Assembly: GCA_964622305.1 (NCBI GenBank)
Contig: CAZUPR010000001.1
Coordinates: 5,433 to 69,432, forward strand
Reading direction: 5' to 3'
Source of the DNA: an uncultured Eubacteriales bacterium
GTDB taxonomy: Bacteria > Bacillota > Peptococcia > Peptococcales > SKKY01
Length of the DNA stretch: 64,000 bases
Shown here: positions 52,755 through 63,028 of the stretch, in pieces
How the letters are laid out: each line of letters starts with the position of its first letter
Numbering within the stretch: the first letter of the stretch is position 1
Notes under the pieces: model-generated
Seen by the model: only the letters and a program-made list of their open reading frames with translations
The model's database searches: none
Told to the model about the DNA's origin: nothing
Position numbers and translations under genes: made by a program

Positions 52755-54341
52755 CTATATAAGTGGAGAAAGAACAATATCACCATGAGTCAATAAAACT
52801 CTCACCTTATAATTGGGATTAGTGAACCTTTTTGCATATTCTCCAATTCTTACTTCCACACCTGGGTTAAGGCTTTCTTCAACATCAAGAAAAGCATCCT
52901 TTAATTCACTTAATTTGTTGCTAAATTCAGAAACTTCTATTCTTAGTTCTTCTTCTTTTTCCATGGCATTTTTAAGGTTAGTTAATAAATCTCCAAGCAT
53001 TTTCTCCTTGGGAAGTGGAAGTTCGCCTGCCTTCTCTTTAGCTTCTTGTAGAATCTTAATGCCTTGTTTGGATTTTTTTATAATATCTTTTACTTCTTCA
53101 TACCTGGCTGAAACTTCAAGATATTCATCCTTCAAAGCTGGGTCAATCCCCAATTCTACTTCAGTTTTAGTTGCCATTGAGTTACCAATATTTTTGCATT
53201 TTATAAATAAGGCAGCTCTTGTAATTCCACCAACCAAGAGACCTTTGTTTTTATTAAGAACGACTGAGTTACCGGCAATTGTTTCACAATGCATAATTGC
53301 CTCATCAACCAAGACATCCAAATTAGCTCTAACAAAGGCATTTTCAATAAATTTAGTTGTTACAGAACCCTTGGCAAATATTCTTGATTTTTTCAGCCCT
53401 CTTATACCTGTCTGAACAAAGACACTTCCATCAGCTTCAATGGAACCGCCTTCAATAATTCCATATATATGAACATTACCACCTGATTTAATATGAAAAC
53501 CATTCTTTAAATTTCCTTTGACGATTACGTTACCTAAAAATTCAATATTTCCAGTTGAAAAATCAACATCACCATTTACTTCAAAAACAGGCAAAATAGA
53601 AATCCTGTTTCTGGCCATAGAAAGCATGCCATCAATTGTTGCAAAGGCTTTAAGACCATCAGAAGAATGCTCAACATTTTTGCCTGGTGGAAGTTTTTTG
53701 TTTTTTCCGTTCATGGCATGAAGAGCTTTGCCCTTAACAGTAATGCCAGGCTGCCCGGCAGTAGGTGGAATTTTTTCGATAAGAACTTGGTTCTTTTTTA
53801 CGTTTTCAATTACACTGGTATTGTAATAATCTGTCGACCCATCTTCCAAAATTTTAGGTTTTACTGCCCCTTGCGCCTTTACAAGATAAACAATCTCAGC
53901 ATCTTTACCATTAACAGCATCTTTAGTTTCAGCAATCAGTTCATCGGTAAATTTTTCTTGTATATTTCTTATTCTTATTAAATTTACCTCAATTATCCCA
54001 TGGCTTATTCCTTGTTTATTGATTTCAGAATTAATAAGTTCAACTGAAGGAAAATGACCCGTAATAATATCTGGATATGTTGTTACAAAAGCCTGGGTCA
54101 TCTTTTGATTGTAAGTTACTTCTACCTTAGGGGAAGTATCAACTTTTTCTTTGGGGCCTATTTGTAATTCAACGATTGAACCATCAGCCCATTTAGCGAT
54201 TGCCATGGAATCAAGTTTTATGTTTCTTAGCTTTACTTCTCTGGTAAAAAAGCCTATCAGTTCATTTGTGTCATTTACACTCTGCGTTTTTTGAACAGAT
54301 ATCATATCACCATCATAAAGCCACTCATAAAGTTTTGACAT
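52755..54341 (-). CDS. FapA/DUF342-family protein (flagellar assembly protein A-like)
   Basis: 528 aa. Beta-helix repeat segment GNVIVKGNLKNGFHIKSGGNVHIYGIIEGGSIEADGSVFV. C-terminal coiled coil. Immediately downstream of fliA. Confidence 0.8.
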   Translation of the reverse strand: MSKLYEWLYDGDMISVQKTQSVNDTNELIGFFTREVKLRNIKLDSMAIAKWADGSIVELQIGPKEKVDTSPKVEVTYNQKMTQAFVTTYPDIITGHFPSVELINSEINKQGISHGIIEVNLIRIRNIQEKFTDELIAETKDAVNGKDAEIVYLVKAQGAVKPKILEDGSTDYYNTSVIENVKKNQVLIEKIPPTAGQPGITVKGKALHAMNGKNKKLPPGKNVEHSSDGLKAFATIDGMLSMARNRISILPVFEVNGDVDFSTGNIEFLGNVIVKGNLKNGFHIKSGGNVHIYGIIEGGSIEADGSVFVQTGIRGLKKSRIFAKGSVTTKFIENAFVRANLDVLVDEAIMHCETIAGNSVVLNKNKGLLVGGITRAALFIKCKNIGNSMATKTEVELGIDPALKDEYLEVSARYEEVKDIIKKSKQGIKILQEAKEKAGELPLPKEKMLGDLLTNLKNAMEKEEELRIEVSEFSNKLSELKDAFLDVEESLNPGVEVRIGEYAKRFTNPNYKVRVLLTHGDIVLSPLI

Positions 54342-54353
54342 TTTTTTATTCTC

Positions 54354-55109
54354 CTAACTCATATAACTTTGGAGTGCACCTTTTAATTTTGTAATCGCTT
54401 TTTTATGTATCTGTGATATTCTTCCCTCTGAAAGTTCAAGAATTTGCGCTACTTCCTTGGTAGTCACTTCCTCAAAATAAATTAATGTAATTACCATTTT
54501 TTCCTTTTCATTCAGTTCTTTAATTTTATTTAAAAGAATTGTCTTAAGTTCACTTCTTTCTAAAACTGCCTGGGGACCATCTTCATCCTTATCAGCCAGA
54601 AAATCTTTCAAAGTGAAATTATCATCATTACCAGTATCCAGTGAATTTTCTAAAGAGTATATCGTTAAAGAGGCCGCATCATTTAGGCCTTTTTGATAAG
54701 TTTCCATATCCATTTCAAGAAAAGAAGCTACTTCATGATCTTCTGGCTCTCTCCCTTTTTCTTCTAAAAGGGTCTGATAGGCTCTTTCCATCTTTTTTGC
54801 TTTTCTTCTCAAAGATTGAGGAGCCCAATCCATTTTCCTTAAACCATCGTAAATAGCCCCTCTTATTCTTAATGAAGCATAGGCTTCAAAAACAACATTT
54901 TTACCAGGATCAAATTTAACAATGGCGTCAATAAGGCCAAAGGTTCCATAGGAAATCAGATCATCAAAATCAACCTGGCTGGGCAAACTTTGATAGATTC
55001 TATAAGCATGGGTTTTTACCAGGGAAGCATAATTGATTATTAACTGGTCTCTGGTTGTATTTGTTTTTTTCTTGCTGTAATTTTCCCATAGCTTATTTAT
55101 GTCATCCAT
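54354..55109 (-). CDS. fliA: Flagellar sigma factor FliA/SigD (sigma-28)
   Basis: 251 aa. Region 2 (DLISYGTFGLIDAIVKFD) and region 4 HTH (TTKEVAQILELSEGRISQIHKKA). Confidence 0.95.
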   Translation of the reverse strand: MDDINKLWENYSKKKTNTTRDQLIINYASLVKTHAYRIYQSLPSQVDFDDLISYGTFGLIDAIVKFDPGKNVVFEAYASLRIRGAIYDGLRKMDWAPQSLRRKAKKMERAYQTLLEEKGREPEDHEVASFLEMDMETYQKGLNDAASLTIYSLENSLDTGNDDNFTLKDFLADKDEDGPQAVLERSELKTILLNKIKELNEKEKMVITLIYFEEVTTKEVAQILELSEGRISQIHKKAITKLKGALQSYMS

Positions 55110-55110
55110 C

Positions 55111-55593
55111 TTAAATTACCTTTTTTCCATATTTTATTGATTTTACGGTTAAACTGCCATCACTGGCAAAAAGTTCTATTGTCCTGCCAAAATTCTCCCC
55201 GGTATCATCAGCTATAATCCTTATTTTATGAAGGTCCAGCTGTTTTTTTACTGCTTCAACATTTCTTTCTCCAATTTTCATTATATCTGAGGCATTGGAA
55301 GAGGTAAACATTTGTGCTCCCCCAGCTATCTTGGCTGTCATTCTTGTCTTGGCAGCCCCATTTTTTTCCATATTATCTATCAAATCTGCAATTCCTGTGT
55401 CTGCAAACTTGTATCTGTTGCTGTTATTTTTTGTATTTGTGCTGTCAGGTAGCATGACGTGAACCATGCCAGCAACCTGTCTAGCCGAATCATAGAGGCA
55501 GACTCCTACGCAAGAACCCAGGCCAATGGTTATAATAGAGTCTTCCTTGCCGCAAACTGCAGCTTCGGCTATTCCTACCTTGTGTTGAATCAT
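55111..55593 (-). CDS. cheD: Chemoreceptor glutamine deamidase CheD
   Basis: 160 aa. GLGSCVGV and MVHVMLP motifs. Confidence 0.95.
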   Translation of the reverse strand: MIQHKVGIAEAAVCGKEDSIITIGLGSCVGVCLYDSARQVAGMVHVMLPDSTNTKNNSNRYKFADTGIADLIDNMEKNGAAKTRMTAKIAGGAQMFTSSNASDIMKIGERNVEAVKKQLDLHKIRIIADDTGENFGRTIELFASDGSLTVKSIKYGKKVI

Positions 55594-55596
55594 TTT

Positions 55597-56208
55597 TTAA
55601 GAAACTCCCAGTCTCTCTAAAATTATTTGTAAAGATTCTGGCTCAGGGAGCAAGAAAAAGTGGCCTTTTACCTCTACTTCCTCTTCTAAGAAAACGCTTT
55701 CTATAACAAATGAATAATCACTTACTTCACCATAAAGCTGTAAAACGTTACCGATTATAGCGCCAGACATATCGTAAGCAAGTGCGGGAACTGTTGCTTC
55801 AAAGAGCAGATTAGTAAACATCCCCAGTGAATTTAGGTATGACCCAGCTAATATATTTGTAACTTCTTTAATTACAGATGCTGTCATGTCATCAAAATCA
55901 TCAATTCCATGAACTTCTCTGCCAAGAAGAATTTTCATAAAAAGGGACACACTTTGTTCTGGTACAGCAAACAGAATACTCATAGGAGCATCTCCCTTTA
56001 CTTCCAGATAACCTCCAGCCACCAAAGAATCAGCACCACCCATAATTTCAACTACTTCATTAAAGGGCATGATGCCTATTTCCGGGACTGACATATCAAT
56101 CCTTTTATTTAAAAGCGTGGACAGGGCTGTAGCAGCATTGCCAGCACCTATATTACCTATTTCCTTTAGAGCATCTATCTGCATAGGATTAAGATCTTCA
56201 AATTTCAT
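55597..56208 (-). CDS. cheC: CheY-P phosphatase CheC
   Basis: 203 aa. Duplicated D/S-xxx-E-xx-N-x22-P type motifs (EIGNIGAGNAATAL and EVTNILAGSYLNSL). Confidence 0.92.
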   Translation of the reverse strand: MKFEDLNPMQIDALKEIGNIGAGNAATALSTLLNKRIDMSVPEIGIMPFNEVVEIMGGADSLVAGGYLEVKGDAPMSILFAVPEQSVSLFMKILLGREVHGIDDFDDMTASVIKEVTNILAGSYLNSLGMFTNLLFEATVPALAYDMSGAIIGNVLQLYGEVSDYSFVIESVFLEEEVEVKGHFFLLPEPESLQIILERLGVS

Positions 56209-56217
56209 TATTTCTTC

Positions 56218-56664
56218 CTAGTCTCCTTTTTCTTCATTGGCTTCAACAATTGTAAGGATTTGCTCAAGTTTTAAGAGTATAAGTAAACGACCATCATATT
56301 TTCCTACTCCCTCAACATATTTTTTATCAAGAGAATCAATTAAATTTGGCTCCTCAATATCTTCTGTATTGATCCTGATAACTTCAGTCACATTATCGAC
56401 AATTATACCAAAGCGATTATCATCAATTGTCAAAATGATTATTCTTGTAGTATCATCTACAGCCTTTTCCTCGCCCTTAAATTTTTTCCTTAGATTAATA
56501 ATGGGAACAACATTCCCTCTTAAGTTAATAACTCCTCTTACAAACTCATTTGCTTTAGGAACTCTGGTTATGGGTGTCATTTTTAAAATTTCATTTACAG
56601 ACAAGATATCAACCGCGTATTCTTCTTCCCCAAGCATAAAACCTACTATTTGTAATTCTTCCAC
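56218..56664 (-). CDS. cheW: Chemotaxis coupling protein CheW
   Basis: 148 aa. GVINLRGNVVPIINLR motif. Confidence 0.95.
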   Translation of the reverse strand: MEELQIVGFMLGEEEYAVDILSVNEILKMTPITRVPKANEFVRGVINLRGNVVPIINLRKKFKGEEKAVDDTTRIIILTIDDNRFGIIVDNVTEVIRINTEDIEEPNLIDSLDKKYVEGVGKYDGRLLILLKLEQILTIVEANEEKGD

Positions 56665-56675
56665 ATTTATCCCTC

Positions 56676-57758
56676 CTATTTTGTAAGAATCTTATATGCA
56701 CTTCTTATTTCTAAAGCAATATTATCAAGAGCTGTCTTAACAGAAACTGCCTTAGCTTCAACTGCAGCCTTGGGCATGCCATAGACAACACAAGTTTCTT
56801 CTGATTCAGCAATGGTAATTGCCCCTTGTTTGTAAAGGCGTAACATGCCGTCCCTTCCATCGTACCCCATTCCAGTCATAATTACTCCTATTATCCTGGA
56901 AAAATTATAATTTGCAAAAGAATTATACAAATAATCGACTGATGGACGATGACCATTAACCAAAGGATCATCGGTAAGCTTAATTTTTAATTGACTGCCA
57001 CTTTGAACAATTCCCATTTGCAGGCCTCCTGGAGCCAAATAAGCATGTCCTGGCATTAATATATCTCCATCTTCAGCCTCTTTTACAGAAAACTTTGACA
57101 CAGAGTCCAGTCTCATAGCCAAAGATTTGGTAAAAGTAGCTGGCATGTGCTGAACAATAAGGACCGGTGCTTTTATATCTTCATGAAGCTGGCTCATAAC
57201 AGTATGCAGAGCCCTTGGTCCGCCTGTTGATGTTCCTATTAAAATTACTGGCCAGGGTAAATCTTTTTTAGGACTTTCTGTTTTTACTGGTACCGGTGCC
57301 TGGATTTGGCTTTTATGGTCAACAAGAGGGAGAGCCCTAACCGATACTCTTTTGGGCCGGGATTTGCTGGCAATTTTAACTTTTTCAATAATTTGCTCTC
57401 TAACATCCTCCATTTTAAGGGAGATGGATCCCCCGGGTTTTGCTATAAACTCAACTGCCCCTAATTCCAGGGCCTGTAAGGTTGTATCTGCCCCCTCACT
57501 GGTTAAGCTGCTTACCATAACAACTGGTATGGGATTTTTTTTCATTATCTCCCCCAGAGCTGTAAGACCATCCATAACTGGCATTTCAACGTCCAGGGTT
57601 ACAAGATCTGGTTTTAATTCTTCTATTTTAAGAAGAGCTTCTTTACCATTCCTTGCAGTATCAATCACACTAATTTCTGGATCACTTTCAAGAATATCTT
57701 TAATAATTTTTCTCATAAAAGAAGAATCATCTACTACCAATACTTTTATTTTCTCCAT
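56676..57758 (-). CDS. cheB: Protein-glutamate methylesterase/glutaminase CheB
   Basis: 360 aa. REC domain (DVEMPVMDG) plus esterase domain (GTSTGGP, HMP). Confidence 0.96.
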   Translation of the reverse strand: MEKIKVLVVDDSSFMRKIIKDILESDPEISVIDTARNGKEALLKIEELKPDLVTLDVEMPVMDGLTALGEIMKKNPIPVVMVSSLTSEGADTTLQALELGAVEFIAKPGGSISLKMEDVREQIIEKVKIASKSRPKRVSVRALPLVDHKSQIQAPVPVKTESPKKDLPWPVILIGTSTGGPRALHTVMSQLHEDIKAPVLIVQHMPATFTKSLAMRLDSVSKFSVKEAEDGDILMPGHAYLAPGGLQMGIVQSGSQLKIKLTDDPLVNGHRPSVDYLYNSFANYNFSRIIGVIMTGMGYDGRDGMLRLYKQGAITIAESEETCVVYGMPKAAVEAKAVSVKTALDNIALEIRSAYKILTK

Positions 57759-57788
57759 TATTAGCCCTCTTTCTTTAGCAATATTATT

Positions 57789-58688
57789 TTACCCTCTTAA
57801 TAAAGAAGAAATTTTTGAGAAGTAATCCCTTAAACCCTTATTGGCTTTTTTCTCATGTTTTATATTGAGAATTTCTGCAGCTATGCTGTAAATATCGGCT
57901 GCTGCTCTTGAATCAGGGTGGGAAATTATAAAAGGTTCCTGTCTCTTAACTGCATCTATAACTGATCTATCATCACTAATAAAGCCCAGGATTTCTAAAT
58001 CACAGTCTTTTAAAAATCTTTGTACAACTATTTGAATTTTTTTGCCGGTTATTTCGCCCTCTTCTCTGGAGGTGCTTTTATTAACAATCAATTTTATTTT
58101 ACCCAAATATCTGTGTTTGCTAATCGTTTTAATCAAGCCATATGCATCTGTTAAAGAAGTTGGTTCGGGCAGAGTTATTACAAAAACCTCATCTGCAGCC
58201 AGAGAAAAGCTCAAAACTGTTTTGCTGAGTCCTGCCCCAGTATCAATTAAAAGAAAATCATAATTTTTATCTATTTGTCCTAAATGGCTCAAAAAGTCAT
58301 TTAGCTCCTCTTCTGAGAGTTGAGCCAGTTCAAAAACTCCAGAGCCACCTGGGATAATATCAATATTATTTGGACCTTTAATTATAATTTCCTGGATTTC
58401 TTTGTTACCAGCAATTACATGGGAAAGGTTAAATTTAGGGGCCGCCCCCAAAAGAACATCAATATTGGCCAGGCCAAGATCTGCATCCAGGATAAGAACC
58501 TTCTTGCCAAATTCTGCCAGGGCTATACCCAGGTTAAGGGTGAAGTTTGTTTTGCCAACCCCACCTTTACCAGAAGCGATTGTTATAATTTTTGTTTGCG
58601 ATTCTTTACCTTCAATTTTTTTCTCTAAGTCATCCTTTAAATTTTCTGCCATAATTCTTAGGCGGTCTAGTTGTTTATTGCTGCTCAT
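57789..58688 (-). CDS. flhG: MinD/ParA-family ATPase FlhG (YlxH)
   Basis: 299 aa. Deviant Walker A SGKGGVGKT. C-terminal amphipathic helix. Confidence 0.93.
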   Translation of the reverse strand: MSSNKQLDRLRIMAENLKDDLEKKIEGKESQTKIITIASGKGGVGKTNFTLNLGIALAEFGKKVLILDADLGLANIDVLLGAAPKFNLSHVIAGNKEIQEIIIKGPNNIDIIPGGSGVFELAQLSEEELNDFLSHLGQIDKNYDFLLIDTGAGLSKTVLSFSLAADEVFVITLPEPTSLTDAYGLIKTISKHRYLGKIKLIVNKSTSREEGEITGKKIQIVVQRFLKDCDLEILGFISDDRSVIDAVKRQEPFIISHPDSRAAADIYSIAAEILNIKHEKKANKGLRDYFSKISSLLRG

Positions 58689-59874
58689 GATCTAAACCTC
58701 CCATCAAAAAGCTGTAGTATTTCTCCTGGTCTGCGATTTCTATATCATCTGGGACGCTTTGCCCGACTGTAAAATAACTCAGGCGTTTTTTTGTTTTATC
58801 AGCAATATTTAAAATTGCACCAAAATTACTAGTTTCATCAAGTTTTGTAAAAATAATTTTTTTAATATTTAAAGGTTGATATTTTTCTATTATATCAAGC
58901 ATATCTTTATATTTGGTGCCTGAGCTTAAAACCAAGAAAGTGTCATCTGCCTGAGCAGCATCTAAAAAAGCCTTTATTTCAGACATCTGCATGGTATTTT
59001 TATGGCTCCTGCCTGCTGTATCGATAAAAATAAAATCCTTATCAGAATTTTCCTGGATAGCATTTTTTAAATTCTGTGGGGTAAAGACTACTTCCACCGG
59101 AACCCCTATAATATCACCAACCGTCTTTAATTGTTCTACAGCAGCTATTCTGTAAGTATCTACAGTTAATAAAGATACCTTTTTTTTATCCTTAATAGTG
59201 TAATTGGCTGCAAGTTTTGCAATTGTTGTCGTTTTGCCAACTCCAGTAGGGCCAACAAGAGCTACTACTTTTTGTTTGTTCTTTATTTTATCATCAAGTG
59301 GCTGAGGTTTTTTTATGATTCTAAAAATTTCATCCTTTAAAAGGTCATAAGGATCATCCTGGCCTCCACCCTCGAAATATTTCTTTTCAATTTTTTTAAC
59401 AATTTTTCCAGCTATTCTGGCTTCTGTCTCTTCTTCAAGCAGATAATCGTATATTTTTTTAAATTCTCCTTTAAAACTTGTTTGCCTGCTTTCCAAGAGT
59501 TCCATCATTTCATCCATTTTTTTCTGCATTTCTATAAGTTCTGTGCTATCGGTCTTTTTTTCTTCCAGTTTTTCTTTTTCTTCCTCTTCTGCTAACTCCT
59601 CTTCTATTTCTGTTTTAATTAACTGGCGATTTAAGATTTCAGGAATGATTTCATTTTTTCTTTCTTCTTTTTCCTGATTTAAGGAAAGCTGGTCATCATA
59701 ATTAAATTCTTCAACAGCAGCTGTTACTTCATAGACTTCTTTAGCAAAAAAACCTAAAAAGCCACCTTTTTTTTGTTTTTTTGTATGCAAAATTACAGCA
59801 TCATTGCCCATGTCCAGCTTTATATTTTGATATATTTCTTGAATGTTTTTTCCTGTAAACTTTTTAACCTTCAT
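58675..59874 (-). CDS. flhF: Flagellar biosynthesis SRP-type GTPase FlhF
   Basis: 399 aa. Acidic/basic N-region. G1 GPTGVGKTTT, DTAGR and TKLDE motifs. Confidence 0.95.
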   Translation of the reverse strand: MKVKKFTGKNIQEIYQNIKLDMGNDAVILHTKKQKKGGFLGFFAKEVYEVTAAVEEFNYDDQLSLNQEKEERKNEIIPEILNRQLIKTEIEEELAEEEEKEKLEEKKTDSTELIEMQKKMDEMMELLESRQTSFKGEFKKIYDYLLEEETEARIAGKIVKKIEKKYFEGGGQDDPYDLLKDEIFRIIKKPQPLDDKIKNKQKVVALVGPTGVGKTTTIAKLAANYTIKDKKKVSLLTVDTYRIAAVEQLKTVGDIIGVPVEVVFTPQNLKNAIQENSDKDFIFIDTAGRSHKNTMQMSEIKAFLDAAQADDTFLVLSSGTKYKDMLDIIEKYQPLNIKKIIFTKLDETSNFGAILNIADKTKKRLSYFTVGQSVPDDIEIADQEKYYSFLMGGLDHEQQ

Positions 59875-61940
59875 TAGCGAATTGTCACCGTCCCTACAAC
59901 TTCTATATTAACATTTTGTGGTATCTCATTATAGGAAAGTACCGGAACTGCGGGAAAATTTCTCTCAATAAGCCTTCTGAAATAGAGTCTTATTATAGGT
60001 GGAGTTAAAATCACTGGTTGTAAACCCATAATTGACAATCTTTCAACTGCCTCAGAAATACTTTCAGCAATCAATTGGATATCCTTGGGCTCCAGGGCCA
60101 GGTAGTTTCCACTGTCTGTTTCTTGTAGACTGTTTCTGATAAGGCTCTCAGTCTCCGGAGAGAGGGTTAGAACATTAAGAGTATCATTTTCTAAATAGGT
60201 ATTAATAATTTGTCTGGAAATGGCCTGTCTGACGTACTCAGTTAAAATATCCAAATCTTTGGTTATTCCCGAATAATCTCCAATAGCTTCAAAAATTGTA
60301 ACCATGTCCCTTACTGGTACCCTTTCATTAAGAAGATTAATAATAATCCTGTGTACCTCACTTAAAGAAAGAAGTCTTGGGATAACTTCATCTACAACAG
60401 ATGGAGCTGTTTCTTTAACATGATTAATAATATTTTGTACGTCCTGCCTGGAAATAATTTCAGTTGCATGGCTTTTTATAAACTCTGTCAAATGTGTGGA
60501 AAGAACTGAAGGTGGATCTACAACTGTGCAACCTGCAATTTCAGCTTCCTCCTGATCCTCCTCTTCAATCCAGATAGCAGGAAGGCCAAAGGCTGGCTCA
60601 ATTGTTTGTATTCCTGATATCAAAAGTTCCTCACCAGGGTTCATAGCCAAAAGCCGGTCCAGCATAAGCTCACCGGTAGCCATTACAACTCCTTTAAGTT
60701 TTATTAAATATTTATTTGGTTCAAGCTGCATATTGTCTCTGATTCTTACAGGAGGAACAACAATCCCCAGTTCTATTGCAATCTGTCTTCTGATAAGAAT
60801 AACCCGGTCTAATAAATCTCCTCCTTGATTGGTATCAACCATAGGAATCAAACCATAGCCAAGTTCCAGTTCCAGGGTGTCAACATTTAGAAGATTGTAA
60901 ACATTTTCTGGTCTCTTGCTTTCTTCTACTTCTGCTTCTATTTCATCAATTTCTTCTACATCTATTGCATCCTTGGCAGTTTTTCTCATTAAATAAGCGA
61001 TATAGAGTAAAAAGACACCTATTGAGGCAAAGGGGAAAAATGGCAGTCCTGGAACAAGAGCAAGCAGAACTAAAAAGACGCCTGTAATAGTTAAAACTTT
61101 GGGATTTTCAAAAATCTGGCTAACTAAATCGTCACCCAAATTTTCTTCTGAGGCAGCCTTGGTTACGATAATACCGGTAGCTGTAGAGAGCAAAAGAGCT
61201 GGAATCTGAGAAACAAGTCCGTCACCAACAGTTAAAAGTGTAAAACGTACCGCAACTTCGCCGATGCTTCCCATGTTAAGCTGGAAAGTACCAATGATAA
61301 TCCCACCAGTGATATTTATGATGGTGATGATAATACCTGCAATAGCATCACCTTTTACAAATTTAGTGGCACCATCCATGGCGCCGTAGAAATCGGCCTG
61401 TCTTTGAACATCAATCCTGCGCTGACGGGCTTCCATATCATTAATAAGGCCTGCGTTTAAGTCGGCATCTATAGCCATTTGCTTACCTGGCATAGCATCC
61501 AGGGTAAATCTGGCCGCAACCTCTGCAACCCTCTCAGCACCTTTGGTGATAACAAGGAATTGAATTATAACAAGAATTAAGAAGACGATAAGACCTACAA
61601 TTGGGTTTCCGCCCACAACGAAGTTACCAAATTGTTCAATTACCTCACCAGCGTCCCCGTATAGTAGGATTAATCTGGTTGAAGATATATTCAGTGCCAA
61701 TCTAAAGAGGGTCATGATTAATAAAAGGGCCGGGAAAATAGAAAATTCCAGAGGATTTTGATTGTACATGGCTACTAAAAGGATAGTTAGAGCCAGGGAA
61801 ATATTAAAAACAATAAATAAGCTTAATAACCAGGTTGGCATAGGAATAATCATCATTACGACAATTAAAATTACACCAAAGGAAACAATAATATCGCTGT
61901 ATTTACTTATGAAAGTATTTTTACCATCAGCTTTTGCCAT
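59874..61940 (-). CDS. flhA: Flagellar type III export protein FlhA
   Basis: 688 aa. N-terminal 8-TM domain with FHIPEP-family sequence (VAARFTLDAMPGKQMAIDADL). Cytoplasmic C-domain. Confidence 0.97.
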   Translation of the reverse strand: MAKADGKNTFISKYSDIIVSFGVILIVVMMIIPMPTWLLSLFIVFNISLALTILLVAMYNQNPLEFSIFPALLLIMTLFRLALNISSTRLILLYGDAGEVIEQFGNFVVGGNPIVGLIVFLILVIIQFLVITKGAERVAEVAARFTLDAMPGKQMAIDADLNAGLINDMEARQRRIDVQRQADFYGAMDGATKFVKGDAIAGIIITIINITGGIIIGTFQLNMGSIGEVAVRFTLLTVGDGLVSQIPALLLSTATGIIVTKAASEENLGDDLVSQIFENPKVLTITGVFLVLLALVPGLPFFPFASIGVFLLYIAYLMRKTAKDAIDVEEIDEIEAEVEESKRPENVYNLLNVDTLELELGYGLIPMVDTNQGGDLLDRVILIRRQIAIELGIVVPPVRIRDNMQLEPNKYLIKLKGVVMATGELMLDRLLAMNPGEELLISGIQTIEPAFGLPAIWIEEEDQEEAEIAGCTVVDPPSVLSTHLTEFIKSHATEIISRQDVQNIINHVKETAPSVVDEVIPRLLSLSEVHRIIINLLNERVPVRDMVTIFEAIGDYSGITKDLDILTEYVRQAISRQIINTYLENDTLNVLTLSPETESLIRNSLQETDSGNYLALEPKDIQLIAESISEAVERLSIMGLQPVILTPPIIRLYFRRLIERNFPAVPVLSYNEIPQNVNIEVVGTVTIR

Positions 61941-61948
61941 GAACCCAC

Positions 61949-63028
61949 CTAAACGATTTTATTTTTTAATTTATAGACATAGGCCAAAACCTCAGCTACT
62001 GCCTGAAACATTTGGCCAGGAATTTCTTGCCCTATCTCTACATTATAATACAAAGTTCTGGCTAATGCCTTGTCTTCATACAAAATAATATTATTTTCTT
62101 TGGCTATTTCCCTTATTTTCAAGGCAACATAGTCCTGCCCTTTGGCAATTACCTGGGGTGCATTCATTCCACTTTCATATTTTATAGCTACAGCAAAGTG
62201 CGTGGGGTTTGTAATAACAACGTCAGCAGAAGGAATTTCCTGCATCATTCTGCTCATGGCCATCTGCCTTTGCCTTTCTTTAATCTTACTTTTAATTAAA
62301 GGATCCCCTTCAATATTCTTATATTCATCTTTAATTTCCTGTTTTGACATTTTTTGGTTTTCCATATAATCATATCTTTGAAAAATAAAGTCCATTATGG
62401 CAAGAATCAAAAGGAAAATCAGAACCCGCCAGATTATGGCAAAAATTAACTCCCCAATAAAAAGTAAAGAAACCTGAATGTCCATGTCCATAAATTGCGG
62501 AAAAGTCATAGTCCGGTTTTTAATAACTGTATATGCCAGATATAGTATGCCTGCTATCTTAAAAATAGATTTAAAAAGCTCCATTAGAGTTCTTTTTGAA
62601 AAGATTTTTTGAAAACCTTTTATAGGATTTATCTTTTCCAGTTTCATTTTTAAAGGTTCAGGAGTAAGGAGAAAGCCAATTTGCACATAATTGGAGATAA
62701 GACCAGCCAGCATACTTAAAAGCATAACCGGAAGAACAATTCTGGCCAGCCAGAGAAGTACAGTTATATAAATATGCTGAACTATTTCAACAGTCAAAAC
62801 TCTGTTAGAATCAAACTGAAAAAAGGTCACAAAAATAGCCTGCATATTTTTTACCATATCAGACATAAAAAATCTGAGAAAAACTAAGCTGACTAAAAGT
62901 ATCACAGCAGAGTTTATCTCCATGCTTTTTGCTACCTGCCCTTTTTTTCTGGCATCTTCCAGTTTTTTGGGGGTAGGCTTTTCAGTTTTCTCTCCTGAAA
63001 ATAATTGCAGGTTTACATAGTATCTCAT
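61949..63028 (-). CDS. flhB: Flagellar type III export switch protein FlhB
   Basis: 359 aa. NPTH autocleavage site in VVITNPTHFAVAIKY. Confidence 0.97.
   Translation of the reverse strand: MRYYVNLQLFSGEKTEKPTPKKLEDARKKGQVAKSMEINSAVILLVSLVFLRFFMSDMVKNMQAIFVTFFQFDSNRVLTVEIVQHIYITVLLWLARIVLPVMLLSMLAGLISNYVQIGFLLTPEPLKMKLEKINPIKGFQKIFSKRTLMELFKSIFKIAGILYLAYTVIKNRTMTFPQFMDMDIQVSLLFIGELIFAIIWRVLIFLLILAIMDFIFQRYDYMENQKMSKQEIKDEYKNIEGDPLIKSKIKERQRQMAMSRMMQEIPSADVVITNPTHFAVAIKYESGMNAPQVIAKGQDYVALKIREIAKENNIILYEDKALARTLYYNVEIGQEIPGQMFQAVAEVLAYVYKLKNKIV

Noticed and set aside
52813-53415. 200-aa plus-strand ORF, with similar long plus-strand ORFs at 47152-47601, 56237-56686, 57352-57825, 15118-15510, 2486-2818 and 8110-8427.
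   Set aside because: All lie fully antisense inside well-supported minus-strand genes (fapA, dxr, cheW, cheB, trxA, aroK, alaS). Their translations are S/L/F/I-rich low-complexity strings, typical of shadow frames. None has an SD or promoter context.
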